DNA of 64,000 nt from a virus. Lineage: Duplodnaviria; Caudoviricetes. How positions within the stretch are numbered: the stretch's first letter is position 1; the number at the start of each line of letters is the position of its first letter. Positions 38,857 to 49,249 of this stretch are shown here, in pieces. Made by a program: the position numbers and the translations under genes. The notes beneath the pieces were generated by a model that was given only the letters and a program-made list of their open reading frames with translations, had not been told where the DNA came from and did no database searches. Location: IMG/VR virus record IMGVR_UViG_3300032259_000002, positions 1-64,000 of that record. One strand, written 5' to 3'.

Positions 38857-39240
38857 TTAAAGAGCGACTCTTTTCAAAACAGACTCCAGCCTGCTTTTTA
38901 TAGCTAATATATTAGAATCAAAAGAAATAAAAGCACTAGCTATACTACATAACCCGGTTGTTGGTGTCTCTCCCTCCAACCTGTTAATTGGCTCATTATC
39001 CTCTGGGCAGAGAATTGGTTCAATAATTTCAATAAAATCAAATACAAGGGAAGACATATCTTTTAAATCTTCCTCTAACCTGGTCATAGCATCATGTATC
39101 TGGCCTCTTGGAAAAGCAGATTCAGCTTCTATTGCTTGGAGTGCCTTGGCTTCCATACATCTGCAATTAATATGAGCCATTCGACTCGGGGAAGCTGCCT
39201 CCCCACTTTCCTCTTTTTTCTTTCTATTCCTATTTGTCAT
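38857..39240 (-). CDS. Helical hypothetical protein
   Basis: 127-aa ORF with GGAGG SD. Confidence 0.55.
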   Translation of the reverse strand: MTNRNRKKKEESGEAASPSRMAHINCRCMEAKALQAIEAESAFPRGQIHDAMTRLEEDLKDMSSLVFDFIEIIEPILCPEDNEPINRLEGETPTTGLCSIASAFISFDSNILAIKSRLESVLKRVAL

Positions 39241-39258
39241 TTAGTCCCTCCTTATTAA

Positions 39259-39915
39259 TTAATAAACAATGTCATCAAAAATCAAAGGAATTTTTCTTTT
39301 GAATTCTTCAAACATTGGCTTGGCTATTTCTCTCATCTGAGGATGAGCAGCTTTCGCAGTTCTTTGCTGGAAAAAGTTTCTCCATGATCTGAAATTAGCT
39401 GTCATGATTATTTCAGTTTTCAAAGAATTAGGAAGAACGGATCTTGCTTCCTGGGGAGAGGCTCCATATCCCAAAAGCTTAAGATAGGCCTTCTCGCAAT
39501 TATGCATAGCCTCCATCCAAGCCATCCTCTGCTTCTCCCTATAATTTCTTTCTGCCTCATTCCCACAATCTGCTTCCCAGAAAAAAGGTCTTATGACCGT
39601 AATCTCTGCACCGTGTTTACCTTTACTATAATTACAATAACGGGTACTTTCTTGAGAATAAGAAGCTATACGATGCCTTACGATCTCATGGGAAATCCCC
39701 CTATCACAGATAATTCTGACGGTCACATTGCAATGCTCTATCACAGAATGATGCCCAGTGCGTAAAATCTGCTTATCAAGAAAATCCATTTTTTCTTCAA
39801 ATGTCATTTCTTTTTCTGACTTATAACAATTTCTGGCTGCTAAATTGAGGAGATTTATTATCTCCTCCTCTGAATCTATTCTCAGTATTTCAAACCCAGG
39901 TTCAACTATCTTCAT
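39259..39915 (-). CDS. thyX: FAD-dependent thymidylate synthase
   Basis: GHHSVIEH and SHEIVRHRIASYSQESTRY ThyX motifs. Confidence 0.95.
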   Translation of the reverse strand: MKIVEPGFEILRIDSEEEIINLLNLAARNCYKSEKEMTFEEKMDFLDKQILRTGHHSVIEHCNVTVRIICDRGISHEIVRHRIASYSQESTRYCNYSKGKHGAEITVIRPFFWEADCGNEAERNYREKQRMAWMEAMHNCEKAYLKLLGYGASPQEARSVLPNSLKTEIIMTANFRSWRNFFQQRTAKAAHPQMREIAKPMFEEFKRKIPLIFDDIVY

Positions 39916-39919
39916 ATCT

Positions 39920-40450
39920 TTATTTTACCCCCTTATTCATTTTATTTATAAAATCGAATATACGATCTACTTTAATAGAAAGAGCCGGTATGTCCCGGTC
40001 ATTATGGATTGAGAAATCCGGTATAACTTTTTCCTGCTCTATCTCGGAAACATGTCCGGCATTATACTCAATAGGTTGGCCACTGTCTCTGATTATCCTA
40101 ATAAGTACTCCTCCGTTTTTCTTAATATAAGCAGCCTCATTAGCATACCTAACATCAGAAATCACCAAATCACCTTTTTCTTTGGTATTCTCAGTCAACT
40201 TTTCTATCCATATATTCTTACCAAACTCCTCACGACAACCATCACCTATACCCTGAAGAACTCTTCTGGAAAGATGGGTTTTCTTTCCATACAACTCTTC
40301 TTTTGGTATATGAAAATGCTTTTCAACAAAATCCTTAACCGGATCAGCGAAAGCTACTTTCTCAAAAGAATAATTATTTACTAAATAATCAGCAACCGTA
40401 TCTTTCCCGGATCTTGCTTTTCCCATTAACCCTATCAACATTTTTCCCAC
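39920..40450 (-). CDS. Deoxynucleoside monophosphate kinase
   Basis: GKARSGKDT P-loop, LQGIG, SDVRYANE. Confidence 0.88.
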   Translation of the reverse strand: MGKMLIGLMGKARSGKDTVADYLVNNYSFEKVAFADPVKDFVEKHFHIPKEELYGKKTHLSRRVLQGIGDGCREEFGKNIWIEKLTENTKEKGDLVISDVRYANEAAYIKKNGGVLIRIIRDSGQPIEYNAGHVSEIEQEKVIPDFSIHNDRDIPALSIKVDRIFDFINKMNKGVK

Positions 40451-40962
40451 TAAGACCTCCTCACTCTTTTTGTAATCTTATTTCTTCTAACCCTCCCCCC
40501 TCCCTCCCTCCTCACTCTGCTTATTTCAGATCTCTTCTCTCTTTTTATTCTAAAAACACTCATATCCGGTTCTCTTACTCCATTCTCAAGAGCATACTCT
40601 GCTTCCAGATAAATTGACCTAATAGCTTTAAGAACCAATTCTTTATCCTCTTTTTTATCAGAATGTCTCTTATTGAAACGAATAACATGAGGGGAATTAT
40701 CGTCCAGACAACTCATGGTTCTTTTATTCAAAGGAAGAGCCCCGGAATCTTTAATCCACAGAGCAATCAAAGGACATTTCATACAATCACCATCTGCTAC
40801 AACGCATAAGGGATTTCTGTCATCACTTCCTATAGAAACATCGATTCCATACTTTTCCCATCCTGGCCATTCATTAGGAAGGGCCTTTGGATTTTTCTCC
40901 AACCATCTATAATGCTCAGCAGTAATAATCAAGGCCTTTTTAGTTGTCATTTTTGTTTTCAT
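40450..40962 (-). CDS. Hypothetical protein with Cys cluster and basic tail
   Basis: 170-aa ORF. Confidence 0.6.
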   Translation of the reverse strand: MKTKMTTKKALIITAEHYRWLEKNPKALPNEWPGWEKYGIDVSIGSDDRNPLCVVADGDCMKCPLIALWIKDSGALPLNKRTMSCLDDNSPHVIRFNKRHSDKKEDKELVLKAIRSIYLEAEYALENGVREPDMSVFRIKREKRSEISRVRREGGGRVRRNKITKRVRRS

Positions 40963-40988
40963 TTCCTCTTCCTTACTATGCGAATAGC

Positions 40989-41615
40989 TTATTTGGAAAC
41001 TTCCTTTTTACCCATTTTATTTTTTTCTTTATACTTAAAACTATGACAGGCGATGACTCTTTTAGCAAGCTTACCTGTTAAACTAGGAAATCTTACTTTG
41101 GCTAAAGTAGGGAAAAGACCAGCATCAAATAATGTGGCGCACTTATTATCCACAAAATTAGTACATTGAGGACAAGGATCTGGGTGCTTCATCTCAAGAA
41201 TTCTTTCTTGGAATAATTTCTCAAATCCCTTTTCAGTCACTATCTTATTTTTTACCAAAAGGTCAACAAGAACCCTCACCATCGAAGCAAGCTCTTGTCC
41301 CTCAGATATCTTCATGAAGGTAGATAAAGCAGTCTCTTTAGTAATTGGTGACTTCCCTTTAAGCTCTACCTCTCTTTTCTTTTTATGATAATTCTTAATA
41401 GCAGCCTTCTGCATTCTCCTTATCTTTTTCAAAGCAACTTCAGCACGAGCATGTGATTTAGAAGAGGCTGGTAGGTTTGGATTTTTTATAATATCCAAAT
41501 CCTCTTTACTAAAATTAAATCTGGCATCTGTTATAACTTTTTCCAATAAAGAAAAATCCTCATCTGTGAAATTCCTGGTTATGTTATTATCCTTCTTAGT
41601 CTTTTTTCTTTTCAT
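40989..41615 (-). CDS. Hypothetical protein with C-terminal Cys cluster
   Basis: CPQC...C...C. Confidence 0.6.
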   Translation of the reverse strand: MKRKKTKKDNNITRNFTDEDFSLLEKVITDARFNFSKEDLDIIKNPNLPASSKSHARAEVALKKIRRMQKAAIKNYHKKKREVELKGKSPITKETALSTFMKISEGQELASMVRVLVDLLVKNKIVTEKGFEKLFQERILEMKHPDPCPQCTNFVDNKCATLFDAGLFPTLAKVRFPSLTGKLAKRVIACHSFKYKEKNKMGKKEVSK

Positions 41616-41997
41616 TCTTATCCTCCAAATTTATTATTTTATTTTCTTGAAACACTAAAGAACGCATGTCCTCCAAATGATATTTTACAGCAGATAGTTC
41701 GTTTTCCAATATGGGCTCCCCCTCTGCTTTAATACCCAAATTATGTAACTCGGTTGCCATTGCTTTGAGAAAAGGCTTGGCCATTCCTCCAAAAATACTA
41801 AAGGTGGGTTTTTCAATAATGTGTCCATCCGGGTAAACCTTATAAGTGCCTTTACTTAAATTAGTACAGAGAGAGCGTCTGCCAAAAAGAAAAGACCCAT
41901 ACCCACTTATACTAATTACCCAAATCTCTTTCATTGTTTTCCTCCTTATACCCCTACTCACATCATTTAATCTTTCTTTCCAATACTCTTCAGACAT
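41596..41997 (-). CDS. Hypothetical protein
   Basis: 133-aa ORF. Confidence 0.55.
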   Translation of the reverse strand: MSEEYWKERLNDVSRGIRRKTMKEIWVISISGYGSFLFGRRSLCTNLSKGTYKVYPDGHIIEKPTFSIFGGMAKPFLKAMATELHNLGIKAEGEPILENELSAVKYHLEDMRSLVFQENKIINLEDKNEKKKD

Positions 41998-42008
41998 TTA
42001 TCCCACCT

Positions 42009-43883
42009 TTATTCGATTTCAATCCTACTCCCCTCCTCATCCTTAACCACTTTTATAAAACCATCAAAACCACCAAAAGTGTGAAAATCTCTATGGTCTA
42101 TCATAAACAACTTCTTTCCGGTATCCCTGGCCCGGTCATAAAGGATCTCAAGGAGATCATCAATTCCTTTTTCTGAGAGCCATTGTGTGGGCTCATCGTA
42201 TATTTCAATATTAGTTTTAAAGCCCATCCTATCTGCTATAAAATCCATCATACCCAAAGTTCCGGCAAGACGGAGCCTCTGCCTTTCCCCACCACTCCAA
42301 CTTTCAAAAGGAACTAGATTCTCATTGTTTGGTGATTTTATAAAAACAGTAAATCCCTTGGTAACATTCCCTTTCTTTGATGTCTTATCCACCGATAGAA
42401 GTATTTCCCAATCCACCAAGCCTAATTTCTCAAGACTATTATTTATCTGAATCTCAAGCTCATGTAAAGCCTCAGAGAGAATCATAAATCTAATATCTTT
42501 AAAACCATTAACCCAATATCCATAAATACCATGATCTTCTTCATAAGAAACTAAAGATGAGTCCTTTTTCTTTTTGTTATCTTTCAGCCTTTTTATTTTA
42601 ACTTTCTTTTCTTCTTCAAGTTTGGAATATGGATTATCTTTATCAATTAAAACATCGTATTCCTCTTGCTCGGAATCAATTGCTTTTTCTAATACTTCTA
42701 CTCTTTTTTCAATTTGTTCAGCCTGTAACTGTTCTTTCATCAAAACAGTATTTAAGCTTCTTATTTCATCTCTAAACTTGTATTCCTTCTGACTAGCTTT
42801 ATCCAATTTATCAGAAAGATCGATTAGTAAATCTTCAGCCTCTTCTAGCTGATCCTCTAACTCAATTAAATCTTTCTTAAATTTTTGTACTTCCTTCTTA
42901 AGATGTTTACTATCTACTTTTTGCAAACAAGTAGGGCAAACCCCTTTTAATCCTTGGAGACTGTTAAGGGTGTTTTTCAAGGATTTTATCTCTGATACGA
43001 TCTCTGCTTTTATCTGCCTGGCATCCTTTTCTTCCTCTCTTAAATCAGCAAGTGATTCAGTAATCTCGGATTGCTTCTCTTTCAGAGAATCTATTTTATC
43101 ATCCAGTTTACCTATTTTTTTATCAGAATCCTTTACCTTTGATTCCAATTTTTTTATTTCTTTACTTTTCTCTTTTATACCTTGTTCTATTTCTTCAAGT
43201 TCCTCTTCTCTGCTCTTTTCCCATTCTTTTATTTTATCAGAATAATCTTCTTCTTTTAAAGAAACTATTTGTCCTGCTATATGAGAGATACTACTCTCTG
43301 TTTCCTTAATAGTGGATTCAAGTTCTAACTTCTTATCTTTAGCTTTATTACTATAATCCAGCCAACAGGCTAAAGAAGATTCCATAACACTTGAAAAAAC
43401 GCTCATTTTCTCTGAAGGTATCAAATCGAAAAACTTTGAACTAAATTGTGATATTAAAATACTATAAAGAAAGGCCTCAAAATTAAAACCAATCAGAGAA
43501 GTGACATCTTCGTTTGTAATTATTTTGGCCTTTCCTCCATCTTCAGATAAACAAAGTTTATTGGGATTCCAAGTTCTTGTCAGAAGATATGGGGTAGAAT
43601 CAACTTCCATTCTCAAAGAAACCATTGTTTTTATATTACTATTCCAACAACTAATATTGCCGGCTTTTAGATTGGTAGGTACCTTCTCAAATAATACCCA
43701 ACATAATGAATCCCAGATGGAGGATTTCCCTGCACCATTGGCTCCTAATTTGGGCTCTACTCGGTTCTCTCCCGTTATAAAATAAAATCCTGGGTCAAGA
43801 TCATCAATAAAAAAAGACTGGGCCTTATCGAAAGATTTAAAGCCTTGTATAATATCTAAACTTTTAAACTCTATTACTGGCAT
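42009..43883 (-). CDS. sbcC: SbcC/Rad50-like ATPase
   Basis: GANGAGKSS Walker A, coiled coil with CPTC hook, WSGGE signature, DEP Walker B. Confidence 0.9.
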   Translation of the reverse strand: MPVIEFKSLDIIQGFKSFDKAQSFFIDDLDPGFYFITGENRVEPKLGANGAGKSSIWDSLCWVLFEKVPTNLKAGNISCWNSNIKTMVSLRMEVDSTPYLLTRTWNPNKLCLSEDGGKAKIITNEDVTSLIGFNFEAFLYSILISQFSSKFFDLIPSEKMSVFSSVMESSLACWLDYSNKAKDKKLELESTIKETESSISHIAGQIVSLKEEDYSDKIKEWEKSREEELEEIEQGIKEKSKEIKKLESKVKDSDKKIGKLDDKIDSLKEKQSEITESLADLREEEKDARQIKAEIVSEIKSLKNTLNSLQGLKGVCPTCLQKVDSKHLKKEVQKFKKDLIELEDQLEEAEDLLIDLSDKLDKASQKEYKFRDEIRSLNTVLMKEQLQAEQIEKRVEVLEKAIDSEQEEYDVLIDKDNPYSKLEEEKKVKIKRLKDNKKKKDSSLVSYEEDHGIYGYWVNGFKDIRFMILSEALHELEIQINNSLEKLGLVDWEILLSVDKTSKKGNVTKGFTVFIKSPNNENLVPFESWSGGERQRLRLAGTLGMMDFIADRMGFKTNIEIYDEPTQWLSEKGIDDLLEILYDRARDTGKKLFMIDHRDFHTFGGFDGFIKVVKDEEGSRIEIE

Positions 43884-43896
43884 TTATAAACCCTCC

Positions 43897-44163
43897 TTAA
43901 AGATCCGGTACCTTTCCCCTGGCGATAAAACAATCAAGGCATAGGGGTCGTAGGATCTTACCTTTCCTGCTTTCTGGTTTATCTAATATCATGTGCTCTT
44001 CTTTTTTTGCGAATTTAAAACCACAATCAAAACAAATAAAATGAGAGACCTCTTCAAAACTCTTTAAATTTTCTAAAAAGATACCAGAGGCATTAAGATA
44101 ACATCCTCTATTACTCAAAGAACCTTTCATAGCTCTATAAACATTATCAGATTCCAATGTCAA
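43897..44163 (-). CDS. Zinc-ribbon hypothetical protein
   Basis: CFDC...CLDC. Confidence 0.55.
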   Translation of the reverse strand: MTLESDNVYRAMKGSLSNRGCYLNASGIFLENLKSFEEVSHFICFDCGFKFAKKEEHMILDKPESRKGKILRPLCLDCFIARGKVPDL

Positions 44164-45163
44164 TACCCATTATTCCTTCAGCTTTTTTTCTATGCCTAGA
44201 ATCAAGATTCTCATTATCAATAAATCTACCAAGAATTATATCCGGGGACTCTATCTTCTTTTTATTCCCAGACTTCTGAGCCCTTCTCACTCTTCCGACT
44301 TTTATTTTTTCAGGAATCATCTTAAGACCAAAAAGCTGTACCCCTTCTTTTTGACAATAAGATTTAACTTCTTTTTTAATAGCCGGCCAGTCTGGAAAAT
44401 AAGTAGGATGTAACTCGATAGTAATTTTAACCTGATCTCCTTCCTGGAAATCTATTTCCTCTAAATCAATAGGGTCTTTTATTTTAATACTCCATTTCTT
44501 CAGACAGGGGTACTCTAAATCATAATCATCACCATCCTCTATTAAAATAACTCTTCCTTGAAAATCATCTCCAAAATATACTGGATAAGGAGAACCTATA
44601 TACTCAACGCCATTATCTTCCTGAGGCATGTGGATATCTCCTGAGTAAACCCATCCATCAAAAGAAGAAAAGAAATCTTTGGACATTCCTTTATCTAAAG
44701 AAAATCCATTAGGTACTTTAGAGCCTACCACTGTTTGATGCATATTAATTGTGTGAAAAGTGTTAATCTTTTTTAGCAGCTTTTCCCATCCCCATTCTTT
44801 TACTGGATCTCTGGCATGCGGCAAAAAAAGCTCCTCTCCAATAACGGTAGGTTCCTTAATAAAAGTTATATTTGGGATATATTTTAAAAATTGAAAAAAA
44901 GGTGAGGATTGCTCAATATAATCATGATTTCCCTGAAGAAATAATATTTCGCATTTTTCAGATAAGGAGACCAAGGCATTAACTATTTTATTTGTAAGAT
45001 CTGATTTATGCTGGTCTTTCTTCTCGGTCAGATCACCAAGAATATCCAGTCTGTCCACTTTATTCTTTAAAATATGCCTCTCTAACCAAGGGAAAAAATC
45101 CCATTTATACTGATCTGCCTTTCCATCAGTCAGGTGCAAATCTGCCGTTTTAATTATATTCAT
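44147..45163 (-). CDS. sbcD: SbcD/Mre11-like nuclease
   Basis: ADLHL, GDL, GNHD, GDIH metallophosphoesterase motifs; next to the SbcC-like gene. Confidence 0.88.
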   Translation of the reverse strand: MNIIKTADLHLTDGKADQYKWDFFPWLERHILKNKVDRLDILGDLTEKKDQHKSDLTNKIVNALVSLSEKCEILFLQGNHDYIEQSSPFFQFLKYIPNITFIKEPTVIGEELFLPHARDPVKEWGWEKLLKKINTFHTINMHQTVVGSKVPNGFSLDKGMSKDFFSSFDGWVYSGDIHMPQEDNGVEYIGSPYPVYFGDDFQGRVILIEDGDDYDLEYPCLKKWSIKIKDPIDLEEIDFQEGDQVKITIELHPTYFPDWPAIKKEVKSYCQKEGVQLFGLKMIPEKIKVGRVRRAQKSGNKKKIESPDIILGRFIDNENLDSRHRKKAEGIMGIDIGI

Positions 45164-45178
45164 TTTTAACCTTTTCTC

Positions 45179-45757
45179 TTATAAAGATTTTAACACTCCA
45201 AGAACCTGTTTGAATTGATCCGTAGCAATGCCGGCATGAATAACCCCAATCGCATCGGCTAAATGCTCATTATCTAAAGTATAAGATTCCACTCCTTTTT
45301 GCTTCTTAATCTTCCACCCGGCTTCTGGATATAAGGAAGTAGCCCACTCAATCATTTCAGCCTTAGATGCCGTTTTCTTTCCCACCGCTCCCTTCTTGAC
45401 TTCCAAGGCAGTTACCTCAATTATAGGCAAAGGGCAACAAGATAGAACTCCTACTGCAATACCCAGAGCTTTACAAGCCTTTGCTGATTGTGAGCCACTT
45501 GGGATCTCAGAAAAAACCATTGAAGCCTCTGCATAATGATCATCTAAAAATAGACGAATCTCCCTGGCTCTTCTTAAATCATCACTACTCACCCTTACTC
45601 CTTTTCCTGATCTTTTCTCAGTCTTTAACAAATGCATAGAAATAATAGTAATTTCAAAAGAATCCAAACTTAAATTTGCTGCGACTGCTCCGAAATTAGA
45701 AAAAGAAGGATCTAGCCCTAAAACTCTAATAGTATTTTTATTTCTTCTTACTCTCAT
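45179..45757 (-). CDS. ruvC: RuvC-like Holliday junction resolvase
   Basis: VLGLDPS, VFSE, EHLADAIG. Confidence 0.8.
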   Translation of the reverse strand: MRVRRNKNTIRVLGLDPSFSNFGAVAANLSLDSFEITIISMHLLKTEKRSGKGVRVSSDDLRRAREIRLFLDDHYAEASMVFSEIPSGSQSAKACKALGIAVGVLSCCPLPIIEVTALEVKKGAVGKKTASKAEMIEWATSLYPEAGWKIKKQKGVESYTLDNEHLADAIGVIHAGIATDQFKQVLGVLKSL

Positions 45758-45758
45758 A

Positions 45759-46079
45759 TTATTTACCTATCTTTTTTAATAAATTAGAACCCTTCTTGGT
45801 CAATACAAAATACTCTTTGCATTTGCATTTATGATTTTCCTTAATAAGACTTCTTGCCAATAGTGCTTCTCTTGTTCTTTTATGTATACCAGAGACATGC
45901 CTCCCATGCGTTTCTGTTTTTTCAATTAATTTTAAAACCTTAAGTTGTGGTTCCGATATTTGCCAAATATCTATAGGTATGGTCTTGCTTTTATTTCTAA
46001 GTAATTTTTTTCTTCTGTATTCTTTCTGGTATCTTTTCTGGTATTCTTTTAGAGAAAGATTTCCTTTTTTAACAATCAT
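45759..46079 (-). CDS. Hypothetical protein (winged-helix-like)
   Basis: 106-aa ORF; C-terminal LIKE...FVLTKKG pattern. Confidence 0.5.
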   Translation of the reverse strand: MIVKKGNLSLKEYQKRYQKEYRRKKLLRNKSKTIPIDIWQISEPQLKVLKLIEKTETHGRHVSGIHKRTREALLARSLIKENHKCKCKEYFVLTKKGSNLLKKIGK

Positions 46080-46330
46080 TATATTTTCCTCGCTAAATTA
46101 ACGCTTGTCCAATTAGGTTCATCTTTTTTTATAACCTTCTTTTGTTTATCCAGGGCATCATGTAATTCAGAAAGAGGTATAGGTACCTGTTCAAAAAAAG
46201 ATTTTAACTTTATCAAAGGAGATCTGGTATCTTTAAGATCTACTCCGGCCAGCTTGACTTTCTTATCCCCTTCAAGCCTGTAAAGATAAACCATCTTTCT
46301 TTCTTCCAAAATAACATAAGAATGCCCCAT
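46079..46330 (-). CDS. Hypothetical protein
   Basis: 83-aa ORF coupled to its neighbours. Confidence 0.55.
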   Translation of the reverse strand: MGHSYVILEERKMVYLYRLEGDKKVKLAGVDLKDTRSPLIKLKSFFEQVPIPLSELHDALDKQKKVIKKDEPNWTSVNLARKI

Positions 46331-47356
46331 TTAGTACTTTTTCCCTTTAGGAAGAAAACTAACTTCTATATCAGACCATACTTCTCTTACAAGAGCGTTT
46401 ACCTCATCCACGAAATCTGTATCTCTTTCTGCCATATTTTCTTTTACTATTTTTGGTATATCCTTTTTTGTTATATTCAATTCAGAGAGAGCTTTGACCT
46501 GGTCTAACCATTCAAGACTTGCAGTTAAATCATCTACTCCATATCCAAAAATAGTAGGAAACTCACAATCACGGAAAGGGAGTCCTACCTTATTCTTTTT
46601 GCACTGAGCTTTTACCTGTATACCATATACTCTTTTAACTCCCCGGATAGTCTTTCTTAATTTTTTTATCTCAGCTAACCAAAGAACCTGAGAAGCATAA
46701 AAATCAAGTGCTTTCCCTCCGGTTCTTGATTTCTTTTCTCCAAACATTGCTCCTATCTTATCCCTAATCTGGGACACTATAAATAGGGTAAGATTGACCT
46801 CATTCATTTCTGAAATAAGCCGTCTAAACATTTCGGACATTTTTTTCTGTTTTCCCATACCATAAGAGCCCTCATCGATATCTCTGGCTTTTTCTGCTCT
46901 GTCTGAAAGAGCGTCTAAAGAATCAGTTATCCATAATGCAGGTCTTTTTGATATCCTCAATTCTGCAATCTTTTCAGTAATCTTTTCAAAAGTATACTCT
47001 ACGGTGTTATCATTCTTAGGATCATCTTCTCCTACGAAATTAATGATATCAACAGGCATGCCCAAAGCCTGGGCATAAGGTTTATCAAAAGCTGATTCAG
47101 CTTCTTGATAATTAATGTCAGCACTACTTCCATGCTTATCATAAAAATTAGCACAAACCTCGATAGCCTGAAGAGTTTTCCCAGAACTTTTATCCCCTAC
47201 TATATTGAATACTCTGCCTTCTGCGACTCCACCACCTAAAACGCAATTAAGGAGTTGGCATCCTGTTGAGATAAACCCAATAGGTTTTTCTGAAGCAAAA
47301 TAATTATTTTCAGATTTATTTCTTTTTTTCCTTTTTACTCTTTTTTCTCTAGCCAC
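46331..47356 (-). CDS. recA: RecA/UvsX-like recombinase
   Basis: GDKSSGKT Walker A, DSLDAL Walker B, SQIRDKIG, GGKALDFYAS. Confidence 0.93.
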   Translation of the reverse strand: MAREKRVKRKKRNKSENNYFASEKPIGFISTGCQLLNCVLGGGVAEGRVFNIVGDKSSGKTLQAIEVCANFYDKHGSSADINYQEAESAFDKPYAQALGMPVDIINFVGEDDPKNDNTVEYTFEKITEKIAELRISKRPALWITDSLDALSDRAEKARDIDEGSYGMGKQKKMSEMFRRLISEMNEVNLTLFIVSQIRDKIGAMFGEKKSRTGGKALDFYASQVLWLAEIKKLRKTIRGVKRVYGIQVKAQCKKNKVGLPFRDCEFPTIFGYGVDDLTASLEWLDQVKALSELNITKKDIPKIVKENMAERDTDFVDEVNALVREVWSDIEVSFLPKGKKY

Positions 47357-47379
47357 TGAAAACTCCTTTTTAAAAGATC

Positions 47380-47457
47380 ATTGTAGAGGCTGGGAATTGA
47401 ATGGCAGTTGGCCTCTGCCTATATCCCTTGTTTTATCCATTCCCAGCACTCCACAAT
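47380..47457 (-). other. Long imperfect stem-loop in the SSB-recA intergenic region
   Basis: ATTGTGGAG(T)GCTGGGAAT pairs with ATTCCCAGC CTCTACAAT; inner GGCAG/CTGCC hairpin. Confidence 0.65.
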
Positions 47458-47469
47458 AAACTAAATTAC

Positions 47470-48567
47470 CTACTTTTTTGAACGTTTTCTTTTCAAAGCA
47501 TTCAATTTCTTACTACCCTTACTTTTACCTTTTTTGGACGATTTTTCTTCGTCCTCATCTTCATCTTCTTCTTCGTCCTCATCTTCTTCGTCTTCTTCAT
47601 CTTCAGGCTCCTCTTCTTCCTCATCAGGAACATCAATTTCAAGTTCCTCACAAATAGCCTCAAGAAGTTCTTCTTCATCCATATCTTCTACATCATCCTC
47701 ATCAAGACCAATCTCATCTGCAACTTTCTTTAATTTCCTAGCAGACATCTCCGAAAGATCTTCGTACTCGTAAAGACCCACATCATCTGATTTTGATTTC
47801 TTGGACTTCTTAGATTTACTTTTTCTGGATTTTGATTCCTCTTCCTCATCAGATGAATCAGAAGAGCCCCCTCCAAAAATATCGGCAACGTAATCATAAT
47901 CAAAAAAGTTAAGAACCTCCGGAATTGGATTCTCGTCAATAAACTCAAGAGCCTCATCATTATCCAATTCACTTGGTTTTCTGGAAATCTTAACTCCCTC
48001 ATATTTGGTCTTGATACCTTTTCCAGTTCTTTCGAACTCAATGTCAAAACCAGCTTCAGGGTGGTCAATCTCAAGAACTTCCCCGCTTCTTTTATCAACA
48101 GAGATTTTGCAAACATCTCTATCAAATCCCCAGGGAGAAGCCCATATCTGAGCACCCTTATCTTCATTATCTCGATCAAGTAAATAGAAGGCCACCCTTT
48201 GTTTTGGCTCAAGATCCTTGGCATAATCCTCATCGCCTTCTTTAGCAGCTCTGGCTCTTTCCTCACATATAGGACAAGCCTCATTCAGCATTTTCTTGCG
48301 ACATAAATAGGCGCTATTATCCGGGCCTATTCCATAGTGGACATAAATATCATAACCATAATGGTCAGGCTCTTCCCAGGTTGGCGGCAAAGGCCGGATA
48401 AGATTATCACCATCATTGGGAGCAAAAGTGATAATATTATCTTTAAAAAGAGTATCAAAATCACCTCCTCCCTTTTCGGCTCTTTCTTTGGCTTTACTAG
48501 AATCCCTGCTCGTGTACTTAAACTTTTTACTTTTCTTTTTATCCTTCTTCTTTTTGTCTCTTCTCAT
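47470..48567 (-). CDS. gp32-like single-stranded DNA-binding protein
   Basis: DNLIRPLPP, YVHY, CPICE zinc motif, very acidic C-terminus. Confidence 0.8.
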   Translation of the reverse strand: MRRDKKKKDKKKSKKFKYTSRDSSKAKERAEKGGGDFDTLFKDNIITFAPNDGDNLIRPLPPTWEEPDHYGYDIYVHYGIGPDNSAYLCRKKMLNEACPICEERARAAKEGDEDYAKDLEPKQRVAFYLLDRDNEDKGAQIWASPWGFDRDVCKISVDKRSGEVLEIDHPEAGFDIEFERTGKGIKTKYEGVKISRKPSELDNDEALEFIDENPIPEVLNFFDYDYVADIFGGGSSDSSDEEEESKSRKSKSKKSKKSKSDDVGLYEYEDLSEMSARKLKKVADEIGLDEDDVEDMDEEELLEAICEELEIDVPDEEEEEPEDEEDEEDEDEEEDEDEDEEKSSKKGKSKGSKKLNALKRKRSKK

Positions 48568-48728
48568 TACTGATCCTCCTCATATGATCTTCTTTTGATT
48601 TAAAGTAAGCGGCACTCCCGACTCTTAAAATATTATACACAACAAAAAGAACTCCCAAAATAATCAATACCGTCTGAGACATATCTTTAAGAGTTTGTAG
48701 TATAGAGACCTCTCCCATAGTAACTCCT

Positions 48729-49235
48729 TTATTCCTGCGTTCTTCTTTTCTTTCTTCTACTGCTTTTTAAAACCTCCCTATCCTTGTCATGTCCTATCTT
48801 TCCACCAGCTTCTTCTACTCCCTTAATAGAGCTGGAGGTATAGTACCCTGCAAGGTATAATTCACAAAGTCTTTTTATCATGGATGATCTTTGTAAAAAA
48901 GAATCTTTTCTGATAGACCATAAATCGGCTTCAAGTTTTGCTTCCAAATACTCTTCATTTGCCTCAATATAATCCTCATCCAAAAGAATAGAGGCTTCAA
49001 TTCCTTTTTCGGTAATCTTCTCTCCTTTCTCACTCGCATCACTTCTGAGTTTTTTTGCTATATCTGAATGAACTTTGGATAATTCATCTTTTTTAAAATC
49101 TCTCTCACTGACTGCTCTGGCATGTTTATCAGCAACGGTATCAAAGATGTCAGCATGTGTGAGGCAAACATCATCCAAATTATCTTTATCTATACTGAGC
49201 AGTTCCTTGGCTTCTTCTAAAGTAAGTCCTTTCAA
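48729..49235 (-). CDS. UvsY-like recombination mediator
   Basis: Helical, LLSIDKDNLD start; clustered with SSB and RecA. Confidence 0.6.
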   Translation of the reverse strand: MKGLTLEEAKELLSIDKDNLDDVCLTHADIFDTVADKHARAVSERDFKKDELSKVHSDIAKKLRSDASEKGEKITEKGIEASILLDEDYIEANEEYLEAKLEADLWSIRKDSFLQRSSMIKRLCELYLAGYYTSSSIKGVEEAGGKIGHDKDREVLKSSRRKKRRTQE

Positions 49236-49249
49236 AGTAATCTCCTTTC

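Noticed and set aside
47357-47469. tRNA in the SSB-recA gap
   Set aside because: No cloverleaf, T-loop motif or CCA end; kept only as a generic stem-loop.
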